DNA of 63,509 nt, the filler included, from Octopus bimaculoides (Eukaryota): the NCBI RefSeq assembly GCF_001194135.2. It is 6 parts of 5 records of this genome, joined end to end, with 100 filler letters (N's around TTAATTAATTAA, not from the genome) between each part and the next. Parts side by side here need not be neighbours in the genome. Positions count along the whole stretch, not along the records: positions 1 to 15,701 come from NC_068985.1; positions 15,802 to 23,864 come from NC_068987.1; positions 23,965 to 39,167 come from NC_068982.1; 3 more parts are not named here. The stretch is one strand, 5' to 3'. The position numbers and the translations under genes were made by a program. The notes under the pieces were generated by a model. The model did no database searches, was not told the origin of the DNA, and worked only from the letters and a program-made list of their open reading frames with translations. Within the stretch, counting starts at the first letter, position 1. Each line of letters starts with the position of its first letter. Of this stretch, positions 12,921-25,709 are shown in pieces.

Positions 12921-13179
12921 TCTCAATCTTCCAACATGGATAAGTTATTCTCTGGACATCGTTTATATGTATTATACGAACATTATGCATAAAAGACATA
13001 TGCCCCCTTTAACTTATGATAGATTGCCTCATTAAACTGATAGATATGCATATTGCACATGTTCATAACATCACATGATTCACCGAAAATACATTTTACA
13101 CAAACTTATGAATTCTCGATGCAAAGGAGTTATGAAATAACAGCTACCTATACACATACTCAAACACGAACCAAACGCT

Positions 13180-13200
13180 ACAGGTATGTGTGTACGTATG

Positions 13201-13234
<34 letters not shown>

Positions 13235-13520
13235 TGTATGTATGCAAGCATGCATGCCTGTATGTATGTATTTACGTATGTATATTTATATATGAATGTG
13301 TGTGCGTGTATGCATATATATATAATAATAGTAATGGTAAGATAATAACAGAATAAATGAGGCCTCGATATTATGTAAATAGAGGAATTTATCTGTAATA
13401 TAATATAGATATAAGCATGTGTATGCCTATATATGCGTGTATGCATGTGCTTTTGTGTGTGATTGTGTATGTGTGTGTGTCCGTGTGCACATTTACGTAT
13501 GTATTAATATTTGTAAATTT
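13180..13520 (+). repeat. (TATG)n/(TG)n low-complexity tract
   Basis: Direct reading. Confidence 0.9.
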
Positions 13521-14859
13521 GAACGTGCGTATATGTAGCCAAGTAGTATATCCATTTTTTCACCACCGAACTGACCAAGACAGTTATTTAAACCTCCATT
13601 AGTGAAGAGGATTGTGCCTCTGGGTAGCAGATTTGGGGAGTCAACTTTATTTCCAAGGGTTGACCGGCTAAGGATATTCTACTCGACTACATTTCCTATA
13701 AGCGTTCAAAGAAAGTTTTAGAGACTCTTTTTCCAGCTCATGGAACGATATCATCACCGGCAGCAATAGCGCCAACCCAATAGCGGCCATTGACGCTCAC
13801 CACAACGACAGTGACAGTGACAGTAGTCACAGCGACAACAGCCACAGCACACCATTTTTATTTTAAATTTGTAGTTGCCCAATCTTCAATTATTTGAATT
13901 GTTTATTCGTTGAATTGACATCTATGAATACTTATAAATACTTATAGTTTATACATTATTTTATTAGTCTGAATTATCACAATGGATGAACGGTTACAAG
14001 AAACTCTGAGCTTGTGGTATATGTATACTTTCCATTGCAGTTTTAGTTAAATTCTTCTTAAGAGAGTTCAAGCCGGTCGCTAATAAAACTTTGAGGTTAG
14101 AGACTTTCCGGTGTATTTAAATTTAATATTATGGGCATCTACTTCTAGCACTACTATTACTAAGCAAGACCTAAATCTACCCTCACGTCTAGTAGTATCA
14201 GGCTCTCTTTAGCTTTAGATCTTCATTATCTTTACATCCACTTTATTACCATCACAACCCGATACCTGTCACTTTTGCCAACTCTGGCCAACGTTGTTGG
14301 TCAGCTAAAGAATGACAGTATCCGACATCTACTATTTTTCATCTCTTTATCTATCTATTAATATAAAAGGACTTCCTAACCTCTTTCGACAAACTTACCT
14401 TCTAGTATATATCTACTCTACTACATCTACCTGCCTGTCTCTCCTCCACACTGTAATATAGTATTCCTATTCAACGCGTATCCATTCTCTATTCAGAATT
14501 GGAACTGGTAACTTCTACTATTCCTTGCTGTGGATTATCATTGAATATTCTCATTTGAAACTGCTAATGGGCATTACATGTAGCAGTATTATTTATTAGA
14601 TCATGGAACTATGTAACGCATACCTATTTTACTCTCATTCTTCCCCTTTTTCACAACCTGGAATATACTAATATCCTCGATTAGCCATATTCCATCATCT
14701 TTATATCTCTCTGACATTTCCCTCTCTGATGTCGAAATACTAAGTATATGGAATCCTGACTCAATATGATGGTTCACATGCTTGGCTATTCTAGAAACAG
14801 CAGATGTAAGAGACGTTATATGTTTATATTCTCTATCTAAATTAAATGTATTTTTTCAG

Positions 14860-14998
14860 GTGATGACAAACGTTTTGTTTTCATTTTAATTTATATCTGC
14901 CTGATCAAGGAGAAATTACTTCTGGCCGCCTCTGATAGGCATTCTCGACATCACACTTTCAGTTGCAATTCAAACCAGGGTTTTAGTGGTAAACCAAA
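14860..14998 (+). CDS. Candidate internal exon encoding a hydrophobic N-terminal-type segment
   Basis: Strong acceptor (tgtattttttcag|G) and donor (AA|gtgagt); one frame open throughout (phase 1 to 2): DDKRFVFILIYICLIKEKLLLAASDRHSRHHTFSCNSNQGFSGKP. Confidence 0.42.
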
Positions 14999-15401
14999 GT
15001 GAGTACTCATAGTACACACCTATGACTTTACAGTAGTTGACGAAAACGCTTTATATATTCCATAACAATTAAAATATGCATGCGTCAGTGCAATATGTGA
15101 CGAGTACGGACCAATGTTTTTTTAATCGATTCCAGACTCTGCTTTTGGTGCCTATATGTAATATTGATTTGAGGCTAGTTACTCCTACTATTCTGTATGC
15201 ACTCTGTTGTGGTTCAACTGTAAATCTCAAGGCTATTTAGTATTATGTGTCATTATGTTACGCGTAATAAATATAACGGTTGTGCTAAGTATTAGAGACC
15301 ACTTTTTGTTTTGTTTTCCACACCTTTTTAATTCCCCGTTCTGCGTCCCTACACCGGGGAAGTTTAACAGAAGACTACACCGAGGAAGTTTAACATGTAA
15401 G

Positions 15402-15501
15402 AACGATAAATCACTGCTCCGAAATTTATCCAAAAAACATCGGAAATAAAGACATCGCATGGAGCCAAAAAATAGCTGACAAAGGGTTGGACTATATCCG
15501 A
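15402..15501 (+). CDS. Candidate internal exon (phase 2 to 0)
   Basis: Perfect gtaagt donor at 15502; only one frame is open to the donor: TINHCSEIYPKNIGNKDIAWSQKIADKGLDYIR; acceptor (catgtaag) is weak. Confidence 0.28.
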
Positions 15502-15701
15502 GTAAGTAATACTCATTGAAATTTATTTCTATTTTTCCAAATATAATGATGTATTTTAACTTGATACCTCCACTACCCGCACAGCGATCGTAAACACACG
15601 TGTTACATCAAAATTAGACCATCTCCGCATCCAAACACTATGTACAAAAAAATTACAAACAGATTAAATAACACCGGTATTATTCCACCCAAGAATAACA
15701 A

Positions 15702-15801
15702 NNNNNNNNNNNNNNNNNNNNNNNNNNNNNNNNNNNNNNNNNNNNTTAATTAATTAANNNNNNNNNNNNNNNNNNNNNNNNNNNNNNNNNNNNNNNNNNN
15801 N
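15702..15801. other. Scaffolding linker N44-TTAATTAATTAA-N44 (also 23865-23964, 39168-39267, 48590-48689, 57852-57951)
   Basis: The same 100-character block occurs five times; the 12-mer gives stops in all six frames. Confidence 0.97.
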
Positions 15802-15842
15802 AACATGGAATAACTTGCGATGTACGTTTTTTTGTTAAGAAG

Positions 15843-16218
15843 ACTAAGAGTAAAAGATGTTTTATATGACACATTCTACCAGTGTCCCAAGTTTCAAAGT
15901 GTTTCGTTAAGAAAATACTGGTGCCCCCGTTTTGAAATAGATCCAAACCCTAAAGCTAAAACCAATACTAACGCACGAACGATGTCATAAATAACAGTGA
16001 CAAATGAAATATACACCGCCGATAGTTGTTGTTGACAAACAACGGCAGTAATTTTATTCAGCTGAATACACGTCATTGATTGGTTGAAATTACCGAAATA
16101 CGACAACTTTAACACGAAATAACTTCAAAAATATAAACTTTTCTCAACAGCACTAAGAGTAAAAGATGTTTTATATGACACATTCTACCAGTGTCCGAAG
16201 TTTGAAAGTATTTAGTTA
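15843..16218 (+). repeat. ~67 bp direct repeat (15843-15909 and 16152-16218) bracketing a non-coding repeat-like segment
   Basis: actaagagtaaaagatgttttatatgacacattctaccagtgtcc is identical in both copies and similarity continues with mismatches. Confidence 0.9.
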
Positions 16219-17849
16219 CAAAAAATTAATTTCTCGATGTGCCGTTCAAAGGGAAAATATCCTAAATTGGCAGCAAAATAGTACCGTCTGGGTTCATGTT
16301 TTTCTTAGATATCTCACTACCTTCCTATACACAAACATACAGAGACACTCCCCCACACACACACACTATGATTGACGTAGACAAAACGTTTTAAAGAAAG
16401 GATGTCAAAGGATGTTTTTTGTGTTTGTTTTTGTTGTTAGTTTTTTTCCTGTTATCAAAACACAAGCTCTGGTGTTGTGTTGAAGGTGTTGTTTAGTTTG
16501 CTAATGTTTAACCATTAATTCAGGGCCTGCTGAGAGATTCAGCAAAACGGAGAATCCGTCACACAGTATTATCATTACAAAGACATTTTTCAGTTGTTTC
16601 TACTGCAGATAACCTCTCCTTTCTTTTTCTCCTTACCCTCTTCTTGCTTTCTCTCTCTCTTTCCTTTCCCCGCTCACTGTCTCTATTTCTCTTTCTCACC
16701 CCACCCTCTCTCACATGGACAGATATTCCGATGATAGCATGAAAAACTGAATGTTCTGTTTAATTTATTTTCTACATGCGTATATTTTATTTATAGAGAC
16801 AGAAAGAAAGGAAGAGAGAGAGAGAGGGGAGGAGAATGTGAGAGAGTGGAGAAACTGTGTGAGAGAGAGAGAGAGGAGGAGGAGGAGAATGTGAGAGAGT
16901 GGAGAAACTGTGAGAGAGAATGTGCGTGAGAAAGTGAAACTTGACGTGTGCGAGACAAAGAATGTGTGCGTATATGACGGTATATTTATGTTTGAATGTG
17001 TGCGTGTGTATGTGCGAAGGTCTCTGTGTGTGTGTGTGTGTGTGTAAAAGTAGAGAAATGTAAAAAAGAAAAATTCAAGAAAAGAAAAATGTACTCGCAA
17101 AAGAAAAAACTGAAGTCTTTATTAAAAGTGGAAAATGGTGTGGAAATGTAAAAAAAATGTGTTTCGTGAACGACATAGAACAAGAGAGATAAAGTCGGTT
17201 TAGTCGATTAAGTCAATTTATTTTTTCCCTGATGGAAACGATTCATTTCGTTTATAAAAAGAAAAATACAACTTAAAATCTCTATTCCTCTGATTATCAC
17301 AAAATGATAAATATCCTANNNNNNNNNNNNAATATCCTAATTTTAGTTTTTATTTTTCTCCCTTCTAAACGATAATTTGGTCAATAAGTCTTTTTGTTTC
17401 TTCTTGTTTTTATAGCGAAAGTAAGAAAATTACGGCAGAATTATAAAAAGTTGCCTCAACGATAAGGAGGATTTAAAAACAGAATCGGTGAAAATGGCGA
17501 ACAAAATGCCCTGAAGTACTGAGTTACCGAAAGAAACGCAGCAAAGCATTCTATTTGAAGCTGTAACAATTGTCAACTCGCTTCGCTCGCGCGCGCACAC
17601 ACACACACACGCGCACACGCACACGCACACACACACACACACGATTTATTCAGGCCGGTACAGTTACCCTGGAGTTTCCACGAAGTGCAGACGCTTCTTC
17701 AGACAAATCAATATGTGTGTGGGTGGGTGTATGTATATGTGTGCGTGTGTGTTTCATTTGGAATGCTATAGGGGATAGTATGAGTGGCTAACGTAATAAG
17801 TGAATCAAACAAAGGACAGAATTTAGCAGTTTTTCCAACTGTTATGAAT

Positions 17850-20020
17850 ACACCACCTTTACTCTAAGGATTGTCATGTACTCGACTACGTGATCATCAG
17901 GACGAAATGGTGACGAGGTGTGTGTGGTGCCAACCGCTGATCATTGCCTGATCATGTTGAAATTGAATTTGAGTATCTAACCTAAGAGAAGATACCAGAG
18001 ACAGACGTCTGTCAAAGAATGGACATCTCCAAACTCAATGACCAAACAATTTCGGTCAACTTGTTCACAGACCGGACAAGGTGGCATTGAGATACAAGAG
18101 GCATTCTTTAAAGACATCGTCTACCAAAAAATACCTCGAATCAACTATTCGAAACCACAACGATTGGTTCGCAGAGAATATCGAGGAGGTCTAAATTCTG
18201 CCGCTGAGAAGAATCGGAGACTCTAATTCTGTCTAAGGGATCCGATATTAGCATGTAAGAAAGCAGTCTTTACCCAGATCCACCTTACAGTGCAAAGGTC
18301 ACAGAGATGCAAAACTCCTGGCTCAAAGCAAAGGTATATGAGATTTAGGGCTATGCGGACAAGCAGAATGCAAAACGATGATGCTACGACTCTTCTGTAC
18401 ATCCGCCCTACTGTACATTAATGGCCAAAAATTGCTCAAAGAGGAACGTTAGATACTAGAAAGATGGAGTGAACATTTTGATAATGTATTCAACCGACTA
18501 GCTTCAATAGACGAGGATACAATTGCCTGCCTGAAACAGGTAAAAGTGAACCACGAGCTTCACTTCTTGAGCACATTTCCAGATGTCATGAAGGCAAGAT
18601 CGCTGATATAGAAATGCAAATCCCTGATCCAGACGTCATTCACACTAAAGTGGAGGAAGCAGCAGGGGCATTCACTCTAGTACAACTTACTGATTGATCT
18701 TTTTCAGCCCATGTAAAATAAAAGGAATATTTTCCAGGATTTCATAGACTACATCTTTCACAATAATAAAAAGAAAGAGCACTGTCGGTCATGCGACAAT
18801 TATAGAAGAATCTTTCGACTGTTCTTCCTCAATCGTCTACTGGGACGGAATTTGCTTCTAGATAGTCAATGTGGCTTCCGTGTCAGTCGTGAGCTGTGGA
18901 GATGATCATCGCAGCAGAACAGCTTTAGGAAATGCCAGGAGTAGCACTGCAACGTTTACATCTTTATTGGTCTTACGAATGTTTTCAGCAGATATGTTTG
19001 ATTATCCTTGCAGGTTTATTACTATGGTCCGACATTTCCGCGATGATATGATGATCTGAGTATAGTATGACGGAGAAGCATCTGACAAATTCCGCCTAAT
19101 ATTCTTTAGATTTTTGTTTTCGGTAATATCGACTGATATTTTTTTATTGCAGCGCCTCGGGCATCCACTTCTCTTAATGTACAGATGAAAAGTTGTACAA
19201 TACTCGCCATCTTCCGTCACTACATTAAAAGAAGCTGTTTTTAAGGACTTTCTCTTTGTTACTAATAAATTGACAGATTCGCCTTCGCCGGCAGCTCTTA
19301 CTCTAGAATAGTCAACTTCTCCAAAGGATTTTCAAAGCAAGCATAACTTTCAGCAACCTGTGGGAGAACGTGTGGAGGCACAAGGGAATTATCCTCACCT
19401 CCGGATAGTTTTTTTTTTCTACATTGTTTCTTTCTTGGACATTCTGTAGAAGACATGCGACACTACCCAGCCACTGCCACATAAAATGTCTCTGTACATC
19501 TGCTGGCATGACTAGATCCCTGACACGGAGAGGTTTCAGTGGTGAACATCCCAGAATTGTATACGCTCTTGCAGAAGGCGCGGGCAAGATGGACTAATCA
19601 TATTAATTGAATATCGGACCACCATTCCAACATAACTTCTCTATGGCAAACACCATTAAGAAAACACGGGGTAAAAGAAGAGTTAAAGAATATCTTTAAA
19701 AATTCTAAAAGACCTCACCTATGTGGTTTTACTGTTATGAGCTGCTTATCTCAAACCAACCCAAAAAGTGGAGTCTGATTTAGAATGATACCCCAAATCA
19801 ATGAGATCAAAAGAGTTGCTGCAGTTCAGAAGAAACGGCCACTCCGCAAAGCCAGAGTTACCTGAGCCCTAAGTGCCACACGCTTCCATACGTGACCTGC
19901 ATGTGAGGATAGATTCATGACCTGGATGGGTCTCATCAGCTAACTTTGGATCTATCAGACCAGACATATAAGCCAGTTTGAGTCTTGGTCATCTTTGACA
20001 ACGAAGGACGAACAAAAACA
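17850..20020 (+). mobile_element. Highly decayed RTE/BovB-like LINE
   Basis: Fragments: HVLDYVII...DH (endonuclease end), RNHNDWFAEN, MQNSWLKAK, ERWSEHFDNVFNR, DNYRRI, SQCGFR, FITMVRHFRDDMM, a C-terminal zinc-finger relic, and an RTE-like 3' end gtcatctttgacaacgaaggacgaac. Confidence 0.85.
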
Positions 20021-21064
20021 ATATTGTATTTCTGTTTCTCCATGTTCTGCATAGAAACATAATCGGAGTTGACTTTGCTTTTACCATCAGCAATATATTG
20101 ATGTCGATTTAATCAGTTGTACTCATTTCTCCTACAAAACTTTTTACGTAAGAAATCAATATTGTGTTGAAGTAAGTTATTTAAGTGATAGATATTTCTA
20201 ATTGGAAATTGAAACCAGGTCGTAGACTCAATTTTCTAGGAAACTGGGCAAAATGAAAGAAGTGAAATATGTATTACATCGGAACAAGCTGAATTATTCA
20301 TTTAAACGGAAGATTGTGCTGGAGATATCCAATTAGATTCTTGCTATAATAGAATTCATTATTCGTTTCATCTCTGCAATATGACTTCAGTCAGTCGAAG
20401 TTTATCGATTTACAAAGATTTCAATTGCCCTAAATGGTTTAATACGATATTGGATCGATATTCTGCTCGATATTTTCATAATGCTAAGCAATTGGAAGCA
20501 TCATAAACAGGCGGCGAATCTGTGAACGAACCAATATAAATTTGGTCAGAGATAATTTCCTAAGTTTTCTTCCGAGAATTTGGTTTTCTTCTGTTCTGGT
20601 TGTTATAGGCTTAAGGACTAGATATTCTGAATTAAAAAAGAAAGAAAGAAACAAACAAACAAACAAACAAAAAATTCTAAATTAAATACCATAAATAATA
20701 CAGATACTAAAAAATAAAAAATAAACAGTTCTGAAACATGCCTGGTGATTGTTAGAATTTGTATTTCGTTGTTATTTATAAATCTTTTGTTTCTTTAACT
20801 TATCCATGTTCAGTTGCTTCTGTGTGAGCGTCATTGTCTAGAAGTGTAAAACTAGGTAATCATGCTTCAATTGCCAGTTAGTGCACTTTAATTTCATTTA
20901 CATCACTTATACACTTGGAAAAGCACCAGCATTAAATTGGTATATTTCGCTCCACAAATTGTAAATGATATGGCTTCGTCAAAATAAGCCAGTAGTGTCA
21001 CCAAGCTTAACAGCAACAACATTAACAACGAGAAGAAAATTAAGAGAAAACAATAACTACATTT

Positions 21065-21107
21065 GCAGCTGCTGTAGCTACTACAACTGCTGTTGCTGCT
21101 GCTGCTG

Positions 21108-21176
<69 letters not shown>

Positions 21177-21177
21177 G
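21065..21177 (+). repeat. (CTG)n grading into (CTA)n microsatellite
   Basis: Direct reading. Confidence 0.95.
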
Positions 21178-21551
21178 AGCTGCAACGGCAACAATAACGA
21201 TAAATATATTTGTGTTGATCAGAAATGCGTTGAGGGTAATGGCTAGTTCATGATTTTGTACTTTTTTTCCGTCAAGACTGTTTTAATAGACTTAACGACA
21301 GATTGTAGAAATCTCAGACACACTCACACAAAAAAACAAAAAACAAAAAACACACACACACACACTTTCAGCAACTGTTTTGTTTATAAGAAGTGTTAAT
21401 GAGTTTTCCACGTGTTTTTAAAGCAGATAACCCTATAAGTATATTTTGTGTTCTTTGATATCTATTTTCCTTTGGTTTATCAAGATAAGAACTCATCTTT
21501 CGCCGGAAGATAAAACGCTTCCTAGTTTTCGAGACATTGTGTACAAATTAA

Positions 21552-21768
21552 GGCGGCGAGCTGGCAGGATCGTTAGCACGCCGGGAAAAATGCATAGCGG
21601 CGTTTCGTCCGTCTTTACGTTCTGTGTTCAAATACTGCTGAGGTCGAATTTACCTTTCATCCTTTTGGGGTCGATAAAATAAGTACCATTAGAGCACTGG
21701 GGTCGATGTAATCGACTTAATCTCACTCCCAAAATTACTAACCTTGTGTCAAAATTTGAAATCAATAT
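21552..21768 (+). mobile_element. tRNA-derived SINE family A (ggcggcgagctggcag head)
   Basis: A-box-like gagctggcagg and B-box-like gttcaaat; central ctttcatccttt-ggggtcgataaaataagtacc; homologous to copies at 52451, 52699, 58372 and 58620. Confidence 0.9.
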
Positions 21769-21990
21769 TTTGTATAAATTAAAAAGAAGAAAGACCCCCA
21801 TAACTCTATTTCATTAATTCATGAGTCGCACGGAGAACAGTGACAATCTAAACAATAACCTTACTATTTATTCTTAATACGTTCTAGCAGATTCGAGTGT
21901 GAATATCTTAACGCTGTTGTTTTCCGTCGGCGGAGAACACGTCATCCCTTTAAATGTGGATTTATCACAACGCGATTCACCGGTGTTAGA

Positions 21991-22105
21991 GGACTTTGAG
22001 ACATCGCATTGTTTCGACCTCGTTTCGTGCTCTTGTCAGATTCATTGGTAGCTTCGACTGAGTATACGCACGATGAGATCGAAACACTGCGGTCTCTCGA
22101 AATCC
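21991..22105. repeat. Hairpin element with ~40 bp imperfect arms, each carrying a hammerhead-like CTGA...GAAAC motif
   Basis: The reverse complement of ggactttgagacatcgcattgtttcgacctcgtttcgtgc resembles gcacgatgagatcgaaacactgcggtctctcgaaatcc. Confidence 0.8.
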
Positions 22106-22959
22106 CCTTATACTGACGTAAAGAACAACGATCAGATTCACGCTCGAATTAACTAGTGAGTATTAATGGATACGTTGTCTACTTTACAAATATTTTCCAT
22201 ATTATGGCAGTCTCAATGGCCGTTATACTGTAGTTTACGTATCATGAGTCCTCCCCAAGTACAAACAAATATCTCAGTAGATACTGAATAAATGGTAGAC
22301 GCAAGAATCTGGTTTTAGAATTTTAAAGTTGCTCGTGTTTTAGAAGAGAAATTTACATATGCAATAGAGCATATTATCTCCTTCCATATTCAGTAAAACT
22401 ATGCCTGCCCATTGTTCTTATATCGGATATATGTTTTGAAGGAATATAATTTTTGATTCCTGCTTAGGATAGAAGTATCGAGGCTTTCTTCCAGATTATC
22501 GGCATTGCTTCATGGTTAGTCATTTTATCGGATACATGGTCAGCATATAACAAACTTGGATAATATTGAATATAGAACCGTTAACCAGTGGAGAAATTGG
22601 GTAAATTGGGTCAGTGGACAGTATACATACAAGACTGGGGCCCACGTGACTGCGTGCGAAAGATAAGTTTAAGGTTACAAAAGGAACAAGACGTGATGTG
22701 ATCTAAAAATATCTCGCAGATTCAGAGGTTTTGGTGCCGAAATATTTCGTTAATCTGGAAATCAAATAACCATTGATCTTTATTCTCAATCTTCTTTCAA
22801 TCATTTGTTTTATAAAATTAATAGCCATTTCAGGTGGGTGTAAATCAAAAGTGTATAAGCAATGGAGGCGCGAAACTGAACTAGCTTCGAAAGTTTTTCG
22901 GGTCTTTATAAAAATTATACGCAAATTGTTGAGAAGTTTCGTGGACTACCGGTTAGGAT

Positions 22960-23175
22960 GTTAGACACCCGATCATATGGTCGTGATTTCAGTTCCTGAA
23001 CAAGGTAGCATGTTGTATCCTTGAACACTTCATTTCACGTTGCTCCATTCAAATGTAAATGAGTTTCAACTCTTTCTCCTTCCACCTGTCACACCCTCAA
23101 TGTTAAGTAGGGTCAAGGGTGCGAGGGCCCTAGACGGTTTCTATGTCTTCTCATGACTACATAGGTACCTAAAAC
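22960..23175 (+). mobile_element. Old family C-related SINE relic
   Basis: cacttcatttcacgttgctcca is shared with the SINE at 38854; the tRNA-like head is decayed. Confidence 0.55.
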
Positions 23176-23969
23176 AATTAACGAAAGCATGGTATCTGCC
23201 ACCAGCTCATACATGTTTGTTAGTGATGGATATGGCGCTTTTTTTAAGATAAAAATAATCGTTAGTACATTTGCAACGAACAAACCACCGAAAAAGGTAC
23301 ACCTTGTGTTTATTGGTTTCTTATGTAACTTATATAGTTTCCGTTGTTATCTTCAGTATTAGTGGTCTTGTAGTTAAATTATACGACGATGGCAATGATG
23401 ATGATGATGAGGATGATGATTGTGGTATTAAAAATAATGATGACCACGACGGCAACGGGCAATTCTTATTACTTATTAAGTCTCTACAAGATGAATTAAA
23501 TGTTTACTTCAACTATCTCAACGATCTCAAATAAAAGTTGTTGTTGTTGCAGTTCGTTTGATCAAATCATGGAGATTTACCGAATGATATTGGTAGAAAG
23601 AGAAATAATATTTGGTAATAGCAGAACTACAGAGAATAGTAATTATCGAAAATCTAATAAATTATTTCTTACAATGGCCATCTATAGCGGCAGAGCCTCA
23701 TCGGTCTTGTCTGTCTTTATCTACCTACAAATCTACCAACCTACCTACCCACTTATCTGTCTTTTGTTAGTCTGTTTTCACACACACACACACGCACGCA
23801 CACACTCACACACACACATATACTGATATACATATGCACACACACACACACACACACACACACANNNNNNNNNNNNNNNNNNNNNNNNNNNNNNNNNNNN
23901 NNNNNNNNTTAATTAATTAANNNNNNNNNNNNNNNNNNNNNNNNNNNNNNNNNNNNNNNNNNNNATATA

Positions 23970-24044
23970 GTGGAGGCGCAATGGCCCAGTGGTTAGGGCA
24001 GCGGACACTCGGTCGTAGGATCGCGCTTTCGATTCCCAGACCGG
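23970..24044 (+). mobile_element. SINE family C tRNA-like head only
   Basis: gtggaggcgcaatggcccagtggttagggcagcgg...tcgattccc; same head at 49413 and similar at 38854. Confidence 0.85.
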
Positions 24045-24503
24045 AATATATATATATATATATTGGCTAAACTGGCAATATGACCATCCCCAAGTACAAC
24101 AACATATATATATATATATATATATCTGTATATGTATATATATAAGCATGTGTGTGTATACGTATCTCCTTGGTATGTTTGCTCTGTGTGAACGTGTCCC
24201 TTCTATGCGTATGCACATATGCGTATCTGTTTTATATAGGGAGATATATTCGTCTTTGTTACGTCTATATACGCGTATGTCTGCGTTTCTATGGTATGTA
24301 AATGTGTGTGTGTGTGTATGTGTATGTGCTTGTAGTCATGAGTGTGTTACTTGTGCATGTTTATGTTGCATGCGTGTGTATGTGCATCTATGCCAGATCG
24401 GGCATGCATGTGTTTGGTTATACGCATGTGTCTATACGTGCGTGGTGAATTTGTATTGTTTGATAAGAGCAACAATAATCTCCCGTTATTCCAACACAAA
24501 GCC

Positions 24504-24535
<32 letters not shown>

Positions 24536-25608
24536 TCTTCTTCTTCCCCTACTTTCTCTAATTTTATCTGTTACCTCTCCTTCCCACCCCACCCCCACAA
24601 CACTTAACTGCTCCTATCACTACACTATCTCATTCACATCTCTCTGAAGTCATCATACTCTGTGACATCAATACGCACGGCNNNNNNNNNNNNNNNNNNN
24701 NNNNNNNNNNNNNNNNNNNNNNNNNNNNNNNNNNNNNNNNNNNNNNNNNNNNNNNNNNNNNNNNNNNNNNNNNNNNNNNNNNNNNNNNNNNNNNNNNNNN
24801 NNNNNNNNNNNNNNNNNNNNNNNNNNNNNNNNNNNNNNNNNNNNNNNNNNNNNNNNNNNNNNNNNNNNNNNNNNNNNNNNNNNNNNNNNNNNNNNNNNNN
24901 NNNNNNNNNNNNNNNNNNNNNNNNNNNNNNNNNNNNNNNNNNNNNNNNNNNNNNNNNNNNNNNNNNNNNNNNNNNNNNNNNNNNNNNNNNNNNNNNNNNN
25001 NNNNNNNNNNNNNNNNNNNNNNNNNNNNNNNNNNNNNNNNNNNNNNNNNNNNNNNNNNNNNNNNNNNNNNNNNNNNNNNNNNNNNNNNNNNNNNNNNNNN
25101 NNNNNNNNNNNNNNNNNNNNNNNNNNNNNNNNNNNNNNNNNNNNNNNNNNNNNNNNNNNNNNNNNNNNNNNNNNNNNNNNNNNNNNNNNNNNNNNNNNNN
25201 NNNNNNNNNNNNNNNNNNNNNNNNNNNNNNNNNNNNNNNNNNNNNNNNNNNNNNNNNNNNNNNNNNNNNNNNNNNNNNNNNNNNNNNNNNNNNNNNNNNN
25301 NNNNNNNNNNNNNNNNNNNNNNNNNNNNNNNNNNNNNNNNNNNNNNNNNNNNNNNNNNNNNNNNNNNNNNNNNNNNNNNNNNNNNNNNNNNNNNNNNNNN
25401 NNATATATATATATATATACAGATATATATATTATTTATATTATATATAATATAATGACATGTATATGCATATATGTATGAATGTATGCATACATGTATG
25501 TATGTATGCATGTATGTATGTATGTATGTATGTATGTATGTATGTATGCTTGTATGTATGGTATTGTGATGTGTTGTATGTTTTCATTTAACATACATCA
25601 TTACATAG

Positions 25609-25709
25609 GACATAACAAGAAAGAAAATGATAACATTCGCCAACTACATACTACTGGCATCCCGTCTAGATCTTTCCAACCTACAAAACGACATATTAGA
25701 TCGCTTGAG
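25609..25709 (+). CDS. Candidate internal exon (phase 0 to 2)
   Basis: ttttcatttaacatacatcattacatag|G acceptor and AG|gtatgg donor; open frame DITRKKMITFANYILLASRLDLSNLQNDILDRL; phase fits the 15402-15501 candidate. Confidence 0.3.

Noticed and set aside
14000-14800. Possible very old LINE relic on the minus strand
   Set aside because: Only vague similarity; no clear conserved motif could be read.
20381-20506. Short protein-like ORF MTSVSRSLSIYKDFNCPKWFNTILDRYSARYFHNAKQLEAS
   Set aside because: 41 codons is within chance expectation, with no homology or strong splice support.
22830-22950. Exon-like open frame GGCKSKVYKQWRRETELASK...
   Set aside because: The donor is weak and its phase-1 start does not fit the candidate exon chain.
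23970-24044. tRNA gene
   Set aside because: No complete cloverleaf or acceptor stem; the same head occurs on SINEs at 38854 and 49413.
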